From Candidatus Omnitrophota bacterium (GTDB lineage Bacteria; Omnitrophota; Gorgyraeia; Gygaellales; JAQTUX01), in contig JAQTUX010000001.1 in NCBI GenBank assembly GCA_028707125.1, positions 13,639 through 77,638 of the forward strand: a stretch of DNA of 64,000 bases, read 5' to 3'. Positions 16,672 through 25,541 of this stretch are shown in pieces. The first letter of the stretch is position 1, and the number at the start of each line of letters is the position of its first letter. The position numbers and the translations under genes are program-made. The notes under the pieces are model-generated. The model saw only the letters and a program-made list of their open reading frames with translations, was not told the DNA's origin and did no database searches.

Positions 16672-17472
16672 CTATTTTTTCACTGCCGAGATTTTTATGC
16701 TTACTATCGCGTCTTGAGCAGATTCAAGATTATTAAACATTGCATCAACCGGATAACTTGACTCGCTCACTACCTTTATATCTTGAAATCCTGCCTGTTC
16801 GATAAAACGCAGATATTCGTCCTTCTTAATCGCTCCGGCAAGGCATCCCACATACGCCTCAACGGACTCTTTAATCTCCTTTGGTAAATCCTTTGCCAAC
16901 ACCAGATCTGAAACCATCATCCGGCCGCCCGATTTCAGCACTCTATGCGCCTCTCTGAATACCATCTCTTTATCCGGCGAAAGGTTAATAACACAATTTG
17001 ATATGATCACATCTATTGAATTATCCTCTACCGGCAGTTTCTCGATCTCTCCCAGCCGAAACTCCACATTGGCATAGCTGCCTTTCTTGGCATTCTCCTT
17101 GGCTTTAGCGATCATTTCAGGCGTCATGTCAACGCCGATGACCCTGCCGGTTTTGCCGACACGCTGAGCCGACAAAAACGCGTCAAACCCGGCGCCGCTT
17201 CCAAGATCCAAAACAATATCGCCTTTTCGTAATGAAGCCACGGCAACCGGATTCCCGCATCCGAATCCTAAATTCGCTCCTTCCGGAACAGTGTTCAATT
17301 CAACATCGCTATACCCCACTTTCTTACTGATATCTTTCGTCTGCGTTACGCCGCCACAGCAAGAACTTGAAGAACAGCATGAACCGGTCGGGCAGCAAGA
17401 TGTTCCCTGTTTGGCTGCTTTAGCATAGCCTTCTTTTACTATCCGCTTTATGCCCCTTGGCTTTCTTTCCAT
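16672..17472 (-). CDS. arsM: Arsenite S-adenosylmethionine methyltransferase
   Basis: It has a Cys-rich N-terminus (SCCPTGSCCSSSSCCGG) and a class I methyltransferase core VLDLGSGAGFDAFLSAQRVGKTGRVIGVDMTPEMI, a hallmark of ArsM. Confidence 0.85.
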   Translation of the reverse strand: MERKPRGIKRIVKEGYAKAAKQGTSCCPTGSCCSSSSCCGGVTQTKDISKKVGYSDVELNTVPEGANLGFGCGNPVAVASLRKGDIVLDLGSGAGFDAFLSAQRVGKTGRVIGVDMTPEMIAKAKENAKKGSYANVEFRLGEIEKLPVEDNSIDVIISNCVINLSPDKEMVFREAHRVLKSGGRMMVSDLVLAKDLPKEIKESVEAYVGCLAGAIKKDEYLRFIEQAGFQDIKVVSESSYPVDAMFNNLESAQDAIVSIKISAVKK

Positions 17473-17481
17473 CTCCCCTCG

Positions 17482-18588
17482 CTATTTAACGATAAATCCA
17501 AAAATCATACCACTAAGGGTTGCCATAACAATAACCAAGCCAGCATAGACAACGGTCTTTTTCGTCCCTATGATCCCCCGGATAACCAGCATGCTCGGTA
17601 AACTCAAGGAAGGGCCTGCAAGAAGAAGCGCGAGCGCAGGCCCCTTGCCCATGCCAGAGCCGATCAGCCCCTGTAAAATCGGCACTTCGGTTAAAGTGGC
17701 AAAATACATAAACGCGCCCACTATTGAAGAGAATAAATTGGCAAAAAGGGAATTGCCGCCCACCAACTCCGCTATAAACCGCGAGGGGATCATCCCCTCT
17801 TGACCCGGCCGGCCCAGCAGAAATCCCGAAGCCAGAACACCGAATAGAAGAAGCGGAAAAATTTGTAAGGCGAAATTCCAAGTAGCCGCTGCCCACTCTT
17901 TGATCTCGCCTTTTTTAAACCATCTGACAATGGTAAAAGCAAGCATCAGGAAAAAGAAACCGGTGATCCGCCATTTATGGATATAAATATCGGCCCAGAG
18001 ACCTGAACTGCCATCTAAGGGCTTCCCCCAATTGGCAAATACAAGTATGGCTACCATGGAGAAAAAATATATGATATTTTGCCATAAAGGATGCCTCTCC
18101 TTATCGTCTTCAAATTGCAGACAACCGCTTTCATGGCGCTCGCGCTCTTCCTTAAGAAAGATAAAGTGCATAATAACGCCTATAATAATACTGAACAGGA
18201 CCGAACCAACGGCGCGCGCCAGCCCTAACTGCCATCCCAGGACACGAGCGGTGAGTATTACAGCCAACACATTTATTGCCGGGCCTGAATAAAGAAAGGC
18301 GATGGCCGGGCCAAGCCCCGCGCCGCGCTTATATATCCCTGAGAACAGAGGCAAGACAGTGCAGGAACATACCGCTAAAATAGCGCCTGAAACAGAAGCA
18401 ACCCCGTAGGCAAGGGCCTTGTTTGCCTTGGCCCCGAAATACTTTATTACGGATGCCTGGCTTATAAAAACGGAAATGGCTCCGGCAATGAAAAAAGCCG
18501 GCACAAGGCATAAAAGCACATGCTCTCTCGCGTACCATTCCGTAAGCGCCAATGCCTCGAAAATCGCGTTATAAAAACGCGCTATCAT
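17482..18588 (-). CDS. DUF318-family permease, ArsP-like (putative organoarsenical efflux permease)
   Basis: 368 aa with 8-9 TM helices and an AVCSCTVLP motif that resembles the CSC-type vicinal thiol motif reported for ArsP. It is the first gene of the ars cluster. Confidence 0.65.
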   Translation of the reverse strand: MIARFYNAIFEALALTEWYAREHVLLCLVPAFFIAGAISVFISQASVIKYFGAKANKALAYGVASVSGAILAVCSCTVLPLFSGIYKRGAGLGPAIAFLYSGPAINVLAVILTARVLGWQLGLARAVGSVLFSIIIGVIMHFIFLKEERERHESGCLQFEDDKERHPLWQNIIYFFSMVAILVFANWGKPLDGSSGLWADIYIHKWRITGFFFLMLAFTIVRWFKKGEIKEWAAATWNFALQIFPLLLFGVLASGFLLGRPGQEGMIPSRFIAELVGGNSLFANLFSSIVGAFMYFATLTEVPILQGLIGSGMGKGPALALLLAGPSLSLPSMLVIRGIIGTKKTVVYAGLVIVMATLSGMIFGFIVK

Positions 18589-18609
18589 TGCCTGACTCCT
18601 TTCCTGAAA

Positions 18610-20196
18610 TTATCTCGTGCGGTAGACGCGGTAGTCAACTTCGGGGAAGAGATTGTAGTGCTCCATCCGCTCATTCAGCCACTCAACGTCAATGCTGTTG
18701 CCGTTGATCATATCATAGAGCGAATTGAAACTCTCTATGTGGTCCTTTATGCGCTGCGAGGCGTAGCCGATGAAGACGTTCGTCTTCATCATGAACGGCC
18801 AGTCGCTGGCGCCGGCAAGAAGCAGCTCGCGCGCCAGGTGATTCAGCGCCTTCTTCAGGTCGCCGGATGCGTGGGAAAACTTATTCGCCATTTCACTCAT
18901 CCGCTCGATCATCATATGTATGTGGGGATAGATCCAGTCATTAGATCCCTCAAGCCAGACCTCACTGTAACCCTTCCAGCCCCAGCTGGAGAAAGACGGC
19001 GTCACCACCTGGAACCTGTCGTATAACTTCAGGTATTCCGCGGGCGTGATCAGCTTAAAGACCTTCTGGTCATAACAGGTCTTGCGTATCACGAAATTAA
19101 GCCAGTCAATGCCCTCAAACCACCAGTGGCCGAACAGCTCCGCGTCATAAGGAGCGACTATGACGGGTTTCCTGCCTAACCTGCCGTGCAGGTATTCGAT
19201 CTGCTTCTCCCGGTTGAACACAAAATTACCGGCGTGAGAAGCGGCTGTTTCTCTCGCCCAACCGGTATCGTAAAGGTCTTTGGAATCTGTCTTGCCTGTG
19301 ATCCTGTGGTATTTGATCCCGGTATGCATCCTTGTGCCGTCGCCGTTGAGGTAGGGCCGGATATAGCCATAGTCCAGGTCGTAGCCGATATCCCTGTAAA
19401 AATCTCTGTAATTAGCATCTCCCGGGTATCCCTCTTTCGCGCTCCAGACCGCCTTGGATGTTTCCATGTCCCTGCCGAAGGCGGCAACTCCGGATTTGCA
19501 GAAATAGGGATTATACACGCCGAAACGCGGCCGCGGCCTGGCGAACAATATGCCGTGTGTGTCAAGGATAAAATACTTTATGCCGAACTCCTTCAGAATA
19601 TCATCCAGTCCGGGGTAATAACCGCATTCGGGCAGCCATACCCCGCGCGGATTGTGGCCAAAGATCCTGCTGTAAGTATCAACCGACGCCTTTACCTGCG
19701 CCCTTACCGCCTGCGGATACATCTCTATTGAAGGCAGGAAAGGATGCGTGCCGATGCAAGACATGATCTCCACTTTACCGCTTGAGTCAAACTTCTTGAA
19801 TGCCTCCAGCAGCCGGCCGTGGTATTTATCCTTGTAGATATATATGGAATCTTTAAATAAATCGTTATACATCCTCGCCAGGCGGTTAAGCCGGCTGTCG
19901 CCTTTTGTGCGCTCTATTTCCTTGTAAGAAAGATCGATCAGCGACTCAAGCTTATGTCTGTAGCGCTCGTTTAAGAGCGTGTCTTCCATCATTGACATAA
20001 GCGTGGGGCTTAAGGAGATCGTGAACCGGAAGTCAACGCCGTCCTGAAGAAGGCCGTCCAGCATCCTTATCAGGGGGATGTAGGTCTCGGTGATGCCTTC
20101 GTAAAACCAGCTCTCCTCCAGAAAGGACGCGTGCTCCGGATGCCTTACAAAAGGAAGGTGCGCGTGCAGTATGAATGATAAGTAACCCTTTTCCAT
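18610..20196 (-). CDS. Glycoside hydrolase family 57 protein, branching-enzyme type (GH57 + DUF1957-like C-terminus)
   Basis: 528 aa. MEKGYLSFILHAHLPFVRHPE...WFYEGITETYIPLI has the GH57 N-terminal catalytic signature HxHLP, and the length is typical of GH57 alpha-1,4-glucan branching enzymes. Confidence 0.7.
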   Translation of the reverse strand: MEKGYLSFILHAHLPFVRHPEHASFLEESWFYEGITETYIPLIRMLDGLLQDGVDFRFTISLSPTLMSMMEDTLLNERYRHKLESLIDLSYKEIERTKGDSRLNRLARMYNDLFKDSIYIYKDKYHGRLLEAFKKFDSSGKVEIMSCIGTHPFLPSIEMYPQAVRAQVKASVDTYSRIFGHNPRGVWLPECGYYPGLDDILKEFGIKYFILDTHGILFARPRPRFGVYNPYFCKSGVAAFGRDMETSKAVWSAKEGYPGDANYRDFYRDIGYDLDYGYIRPYLNGDGTRMHTGIKYHRITGKTDSKDLYDTGWARETAASHAGNFVFNREKQIEYLHGRLGRKPVIVAPYDAELFGHWWFEGIDWLNFVIRKTCYDQKVFKLITPAEYLKLYDRFQVVTPSFSSWGWKGYSEVWLEGSNDWIYPHIHMMIERMSEMANKFSHASGDLKKALNHLARELLLAGASDWPFMMKTNVFIGYASQRIKDHIESFNSLYDMINGNSIDVEWLNERMEHYNLFPEVDYRVYRTR

Positions 20197-20232
20197 ATTT
20201 ATTATACGAGTTTAAGAGGCAGGATGATCAAC

Positions 20233-20889
20233 CTATCTCAACATATGGCTTGCCAGGCTGAATACACCGCCGGAGGATATCCATTCCTCAATACGCTTAT
20301 GAAAAAGCTCTTGTAACTCAAGCGAACTCTTGCCCACCACGTCTATGCCGCAGGAGGCGCCGAAAAGCCGCATATATTCTTCTTCGGAGAGCATCCATTC
20401 TTCATCAAGCATGTCGGATATGCCGAAACGCGGCGTGTTTACGATGTTGGAACGCGCCAGCGCGTAAAAACCCCCTTCCCGGCTGACAATGCCTATTTCA
20501 ACCAACACCCGCCTTTCGGGGGCGCCGACATCCACGTACCAGTTACGCGCCATATTCTTGAGCGTTATATCAAAATATTTCGCCCTGGCTAAGGTATCAA
20601 GGCTGTCCAGGCCAGTGATGTCGTATACGCGGATAACAGACCGCTCAAAATGCTGGCCCTTTTTCTCGATCTCTTCCCTTACGGCCTTCTCCCTCTGAGG
20701 CGTTATCTCCCAGTAAGCAAAGATCCACCAGGGGTCCCTGACCATTGCCACGATCCTGTCCTTGCCGTATTCCCAGGGAAGATCGATCTTGCGCGAGATA
20801 TGCTTCTGTTTACGGAAGGTCTTGAATTTGGCGATCTCTACCTGCGTCTGATCCTGATTAAAGCCGTTTTGCTCAGCCATATTTATCAC
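20233..20889 (-). CDS. DUF4912-domain protein
   Basis: 218 aa. The WWIFAYWEITPQREKAV region is typical of DUF4912, which is commonly GH57-associated. Confidence 0.55.
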   Translation of the reverse strand: MINMAEQNGFNQDQTQVEIAKFKTFRKQKHISRKIDLPWEYGKDRIVAMVRDPWWIFAYWEITPQREKAVREEIEKKGQHFERSVIRVYDITGLDSLDTLARAKYFDITLKNMARNWYVDVGAPERRVLVEIGIVSREGGFYALARSNIVNTPRFGISDMLDEEWMLSEEEYMRLFGASCGIDVVGKSSLELQELFHKRIEEWISSGGVFSLASHMLR

Positions 20890-20895
20890 CCTCTC

Positions 20896-22923
20896 TCATT
20901 TAAGTATACACCATTTAACCCTTAAATTCCAGTCATTACCCCTGCTGAAGTCCGGCTTCCATCTGGGGAATATGCAGGAACACTGGTAGTTCAGCTCGTA
21001 TGCCTTCTCCGACTGAGAAACTGTCTCAACAGGAAAATACCAGACATCCAAGGGTTTCTGGGAAAACAATAAGCTGACGCTGAATCCTTCCTGAAAATCC
21101 TTAATGCCGAATCTCGCGGGCGCGTAGGCCGCGCCTGATGCCTTGATGCCCGCGCAGGCGTTATCGTCAGAAACATACTGATATCTGTCCGCGTTCAGAT
21201 AGGGCATGGTAAGGTTAAGCTCCAGGCCGAAAAGCGCGCCCACATCAAGATCCCCCGTCTTCTTAAGCGTATAGCAAACCTCTATTTCCGCTCCGGATCT
21301 GACCTCTATCCGCTTTGACAGATCTATCTTTGAAGACAACACATCTGACCCGCGCTTTAAGATAACTGCCCTGTCCTTCTTTACGACAGTATAGGCACCC
21401 CGGGCAAAATCCCCTAATTCCTCATAGTTAGAATTCATAAAATCGTTTAATCGAAGGCCGTCCCTGACAAAATAATTTCTCAGGGAGTATCTGGGGAATT
21501 TATCGTAAACAAGATGCTCTGTGACGCCCGCGTCGACTGTCTTGTAGTCCTCATGGATCGTCGCTACCTTAGCGCTGCCTTCCTTATGAAGCGCCTCCAA
21601 TATCTTATGATGATACGCCTCCTTCTTCCTTGAAAGCGTATTGAGCAGATTGAAGGAAAGCGGCTTATAATCCAGCTCCTTGATAACGGCTCCCTCGTCC
21701 GGGTCAAGGCAGACAAATAGATCCCTGTCTTCTATTATAACCTCCTTCTTCCCGTCTGAATCAAAATCTATCTGTTTAATATCAAGCCAGGGCGCGCCTT
21801 TCGGGTGCAGGATGCCGTCGGTGATCTTCTCCGCCGCTATAAGATGCTGGTATACGGCGCTCCTTAAATGATAGAGATAAAGCCCGCCGAACACGCCGTG
21901 CCAGTAGCCGCAGTTGCACTGGCCCTTATACAGTTCTTTCTTTGCCTCCTTCAACTGCCTGGCGGCATCGCCTTTGCATTTCTTCTCCAGGCCGTTGATC
22001 CTGGCGCTTACATAAAGCATCTTTTTGTGCATCTGGTTTGTCTCGGGATACTTGGAGAGAAAATTAAGCCAGGAGCCGCCCGACCACTCCATCATCTCCT
22101 CGTATGAACCAGGGTTGATCTTGAGCGCGCCCAACGGCTGATTGTTATTGAGGTGATCCGAGAGTTTTATCGTCTCTATCCAATCACGGTTCTGAAGAAG
22201 CGCCTTGAAAAAGTTTTCCAGCCAGAACTCTTCAAAAACCCATTTATGCGTGCCCGGCCATTCGCCGAATTTCTCGCCGTCATCTCCGTAGACAAAGATG
22301 ATCCCTTCTCTGCCCGCGGCTTTAGACCTGAAGTAATCTATCGCCTCCTGCGGAAGCCGGAAAGGTATCATATAACGCAGCTGTTTATCGGAGGGATAAA
22401 CGGCTATGGCTTCCTTTGCCCTGCCCGTCAAAAAGAACCCGAATGTATCTTCCTTGCCCACGCCTGAATTCAGGAAATGATTGTCGTCCAGGATAGAATA
22501 ACGTATGCCGGAATTATGGATAGGGCCGGCGAGCGACGGCTCCCATACGCGCTCCGGTATCCACATCCCCCGTGGATCCGTCCCGAACCTTGACTTTATA
22601 TAATCGGACATCATCCGTATCTGGCCGGTGATGTCTCTCTCGGGTATGGCCGTAAGTATGGGCTCGTAATATCCGCCCGACATCATCTCTATCTGCCCGG
22701 ATGAAACCATGCCCGCTATCAGGTCAAGGATCTCGCTGTGCTCCTCTTCAAAATAATCCAGGAGGCATCCGGAGATATGGAAAGTCATTTTTATCTCCGG
22801 ATAACGCGACAGGGTGTTTAAAAAAGGCGAGTAACAGAGCCGGTATGCCCTCTCGATAACATACTTAAAATTACCTGTCGGCTGATGGAAATGGACAGCC
22901 ATGCCGAGATAGACCTTAGCCAT
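20896..22923 (-). CDS. Glycoside hydrolase family 57 (alpha-amylase/4-alpha-glucanotransferase-like)
   Basis: 675 aa. MAKVYLGMAVHFHQPTGNF...TFHISGCLLDYFEEEH...MSGGYYEPIL is the GH57 catalytic domain signature. Confidence 0.8.
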   Translation of the reverse strand: MAKVYLGMAVHFHQPTGNFKYVIERAYRLCYSPFLNTLSRYPEIKMTFHISGCLLDYFEEEHSEILDLIAGMVSSGQIEMMSGGYYEPILTAIPERDITGQIRMMSDYIKSRFGTDPRGMWIPERVWEPSLAGPIHNSGIRYSILDDNHFLNSGVGKEDTFGFFLTGRAKEAIAVYPSDKQLRYMIPFRLPQEAIDYFRSKAAGREGIIFVYGDDGEKFGEWPGTHKWVFEEFWLENFFKALLQNRDWIETIKLSDHLNNNQPLGALKINPGSYEEMMEWSGGSWLNFLSKYPETNQMHKKMLYVSARINGLEKKCKGDAARQLKEAKKELYKGQCNCGYWHGVFGGLYLYHLRSAVYQHLIAAEKITDGILHPKGAPWLDIKQIDFDSDGKKEVIIEDRDLFVCLDPDEGAVIKELDYKPLSFNLLNTLSRKKEAYHHKILEALHKEGSAKVATIHEDYKTVDAGVTEHLVYDKFPRYSLRNYFVRDGLRLNDFMNSNYEELGDFARGAYTVVKKDRAVILKRGSDVLSSKIDLSKRIEVRSGAEIEVCYTLKKTGDLDVGALFGLELNLTMPYLNADRYQYVSDDNACAGIKASGAAYAPARFGIKDFQEGFSVSLLFSQKPLDVWYFPVETVSQSEKAYELNYQCSCIFPRWKPDFSRGNDWNLRVKWCILK

Positions 22924-22931
22924 AACACTCC

Positions 22932-24158
22932 CTACATAAAAAGCAATTTATCCCGTATTTTATCGGCGATATCCCTGGCGACAGGCACTTTGCGGTAGAG
23001 CCGTTTTTTGGTCTGCTCGGAGGCGTCTGAGGACTTTATGGCTTTGTAGGCGTTAAGGATGACCTCTTCCTGAAGCATAAGGCCCCTGTTGATCATATTG
23101 ATGTCCCACATGCCGCGGCCTCGGCTGGCCCACCAGAACTGACAGCTGTGCAGGGCCTTGTCCAGGACAGCCCTTGCCACCTCATAGAAACGCCTGCCGG
23201 CGTCCTTATCTGCCATGTCAAAGGCGCGCCCCGTTAATTCAAAGCATATCTTAAGGTGCTCCCACTGCAGTTCATGGACGGGATTATGATGGTCTTTCCA
23301 GAGGATATAATAATTCTTATGGTGCATGTCTTCCTTTGTCGTGCTCCAGGAAGACGGGTGAGGCGGCCTTGACTCCTTCGCGGGAAACTTCTCCATGACC
23401 TCGCTTACGCTGACGATCTTAACCTTATCTTTAGCGGCGCCTGACTCTGTCATGGCGAATACCTCCGACAAGAACAGCTTTTCCCAGTCGCGGATATGAT
23501 GGCCGAATGTCTCGGCGTCCATCGCTGTTATAACATAGGTATCTTCTTTATCTCCGGATAGATTGATCAGCTCGGCGATAAACCCCCCGGCATCCAGGTT
23601 GCGGAAGCTTATCTTATTGCTTATAATATCGTCCCTGTAAAACACGCTGATCTTAGACGGGCCAAAGCTAACCTCGGAGACAAAATCCATGGGCCACTCT
23701 CCCGGACAGGCGATGCCGCTGATCAGCATCCATTTATAATCCATGTCGCAAAGCAGTTCCGCGACCGCGTCAGAATAGCACATCTCCGGCGGGAAAAATC
23801 CGGCGGGACGGTATGACTCGCCGAACAACCTGAGGTTGGCGCTGTTGTTTAATTCTATCTGCCTTTGCGCTTCTTTGGGCGGGATGAGAGGAAGTATCGC
23901 GTGGTATTTTGACGAATCCACAAACTCGATCTGGCCCCGTTCGGCCAGGCGCCTTATGGCGGCTATGACGTCGGAGGCGCCGTGGTCATCCAGCATCTCT
24001 GTGAGCACGCCGCAGATATTTATCGTGAGTTTCGCGTGAGGGTGCGCCGCGAGCACCTTAAAAAGAGGCCGGTAGGACTCATCGCATATCCTTTTTAAGA
24101 CCTCATGGAATTGAGTAGGCGGCTGGTAAAGGTGCAAAAAGGGGGCCCAGTATATCAT
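22932..24158 (-). CDS. Glycoside hydrolase family 57-like protein (third paralog)
   Basis: 408 aa. WAPFLHLYQPPTQ...LTINICGVLTEML...VITAMDAETFGHH parallels GH57 motifs. Confidence 0.6.
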   Translation of the reverse strand: MIYWAPFLHLYQPPTQFHEVLKRICDESYRPLFKVLAAHPHAKLTINICGVLTEMLDDHGASDVIAAIRRLAERGQIEFVDSSKYHAILPLIPPKEAQRQIELNNSANLRLFGESYRPAGFFPPEMCYSDAVAELLCDMDYKWMLISGIACPGEWPMDFVSEVSFGPSKISVFYRDDIISNKISFRNLDAGGFIAELINLSGDKEDTYVITAMDAETFGHHIRDWEKLFLSEVFAMTESGAAKDKVKIVSVSEVMEKFPAKESRPPHPSSWSTTKEDMHHKNYYILWKDHHNPVHELQWEHLKICFELTGRAFDMADKDAGRRFYEVARAVLDKALHSCQFWWASRGRGMWDINMINRGLMLQEEVILNAYKAIKSSDASEQTKKRLYRKVPVARDIADKIRDKLLFM

Positions 24159-24203
24159 TTCTCCTGATACCTGTCTGATAGTATCAAAATATCCTGAAGG
24201 CCT

Positions 24204-24398
24204 TTACTTTATGGAAAGCTCTCTTTTGACCTGACGCTCGGCTTCTAACCAGTCCTTCATATCGTTGCCGTGGGTAAAGCCCCTTTTCTCATAGATCTGG
24301 TATGCCCTCTGCTGGATCTTTGAAAACAACTCGTTCTGGTTAGTGCTGCGGTTGTTCGTTTTGCTCCTTCCGAACATTCTTCTGTTACCCATATCCAT
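24204..24398 (-). CDS. DUF2934-domain small protein
   Basis: 64 aa with a QQRAYQIYEKRGFTHGNDMKDWLEAERQV core typical of DUF2934. Confidence 0.55.
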   Translation of the reverse strand: MDMGNRRMFGRSKTNNRSTNQNELFSKIQQRAYQIYEKRGFTHGNDMKDWLEAERQVKRELSIK

Positions 24399-24541
24399 TT
24401 CCCCCCTCCTTTTCCTCCAATGGCATTGATTATAATGCCACGCGCTGCTTGTTATACGACAATTTTACAGATTTATTATATCCCTAAGCGAAGTATTATC
24501 AAGTATTTTTTTAGGGATGAAACGCCATTATTTGCTACCGG

Positions 24542-24805
24542 TTAGCCCTTTTTTTCCTTCTTCTCCTTTATGTTGATAAAGGTCTGGCATTTATTATGGC
24601 CGCCTTTCTTGTATTTAAAATAAACCTCGCCGCTTGTCAAGGCATAAAGCGTATTCCTGCCGCTGACATTGATCCCGGCCTTCCATTTGTTCCCTTCGCG
24701 GGTGAGGATCGTCCCTGTTTTGACGAGCTGCCCGCTTGTGACCTTGAGCCCCTTTATATCCGTGTAATGCTGTGAATGTTTGGTCTTTCCGACTCCTATT
24801 GACAT
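24542..24805 (-). CDS. Ribosomal protein L27-like protein (divergent, stand-alone)
   Basis: 87 aa. KGLKVTSGQLVKTGTILTREGNKWKAGINVSGRNTLYALTSGEVYFKY aligns with the L27 core ([51 protein letters not shown]), but the N-terminus is atypical and there is no rplU neighbour. Confidence 0.5.
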   Translation of the reverse strand: MSIGVGKTKHSQHYTDIKGLKVTSGQLVKTGTILTREGNKWKAGINVSGRNTLYALTSGEVYFKYKKGGHNKCQTFINIKEKKEKKG

Positions 24806-24826
24806 CTTGATTGCTCCTTTCTTAGT

Positions 24827-25507
24827 TTACTTCGTTAAGCCCGGCTGCTCCCTCAAAATTATGTTCCTGTTCAACACCGGCCTTATGCCGCGGTAGACGC
24901 GCTCAGCTATCGCCTTATACCCCTGGGCGTTGGGATGGACAAAATCGCTTTTCAAAGACGGATCGGCGATTATCTTGTCTAAGATAGCGGATATAAGTAT
25001 GCAATTATGCTTCCTGGCAAGCTGCCTTATTTCCTGCGAATGCCTCTTCATAATGTTCCTTGTGCTCAATTCTACCAGCGCCACCATCGCGCCGGCGCCG
25101 TTTACCGCCTTTACCATATTTTCTATATTGGCGACCGTATTTTCGGGCGGCACGCTTCTTAAGAAATCATTGCCGCCGAATTCTATGATCACAAGCAGCG
25201 GGTCGCGGCTGAGCACATCGGAATAGATCCGGAACATCGCCTGGGTGGACGTATCCCCCTCAACTCCGGCATTGAGCACCGGTATGTCTATTTTCTGGGA
25301 GAGGAAATCCGGGTAACTTTGCCCTGCCGGCGCACCGAAGCCAAAGGTTATGCTGTCCCCGAAACAGATGATATTCTTTCCCCGCGAATTAATATTCGCG
25401 TAGTCCTGCCGGAAATACTCGGGGAGCACGGAGATCAAAAGCAGACATACCAGAATAAGCCCGATCACTGCCCCGCCCAACAATCTATGTTTTTTTGCCA
25501 TGCTCAT
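24827..25507 (-). CDS. SGNH/GDSL-family hydrolase (TesA/arylesterase-like), secreted
   Basis: It has a signal/TM segment, block I IICFGDSITFG, block III GGNDF and a C-terminal DxxHP-like region. Confidence 0.8.
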   Translation of the reverse strand: MSMAKKHRLLGGAVIGLILVCLLLISVLPEYFRQDYANINSRGKNIICFGDSITFGFGAPAGQSYPDFLSQKIDIPVLNAGVEGDTSTQAMFRIYSDVLSRDPLLVIIEFGGNDFLRSVPPENTVANIENMVKAVNGAGAMVALVELSTRNIMKRHSQEIRQLARKHNCILISAILDKIIADPSLKSDFVHPNAQGYKAIAERVYRGIRPVLNRNIILREQPGLTK

Positions 25508-25541
25508 CCTTTAGCCCGGCCACTATTATAGCAATATTTTG

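Noticed and set aside
18520-19731. 168-aa and 181-aa plus-strand ORFs inside the GH57 branching-enzyme gene
   Set aside because: Antisense to a gene with clear GH57 signatures. They have no recognizable motifs.
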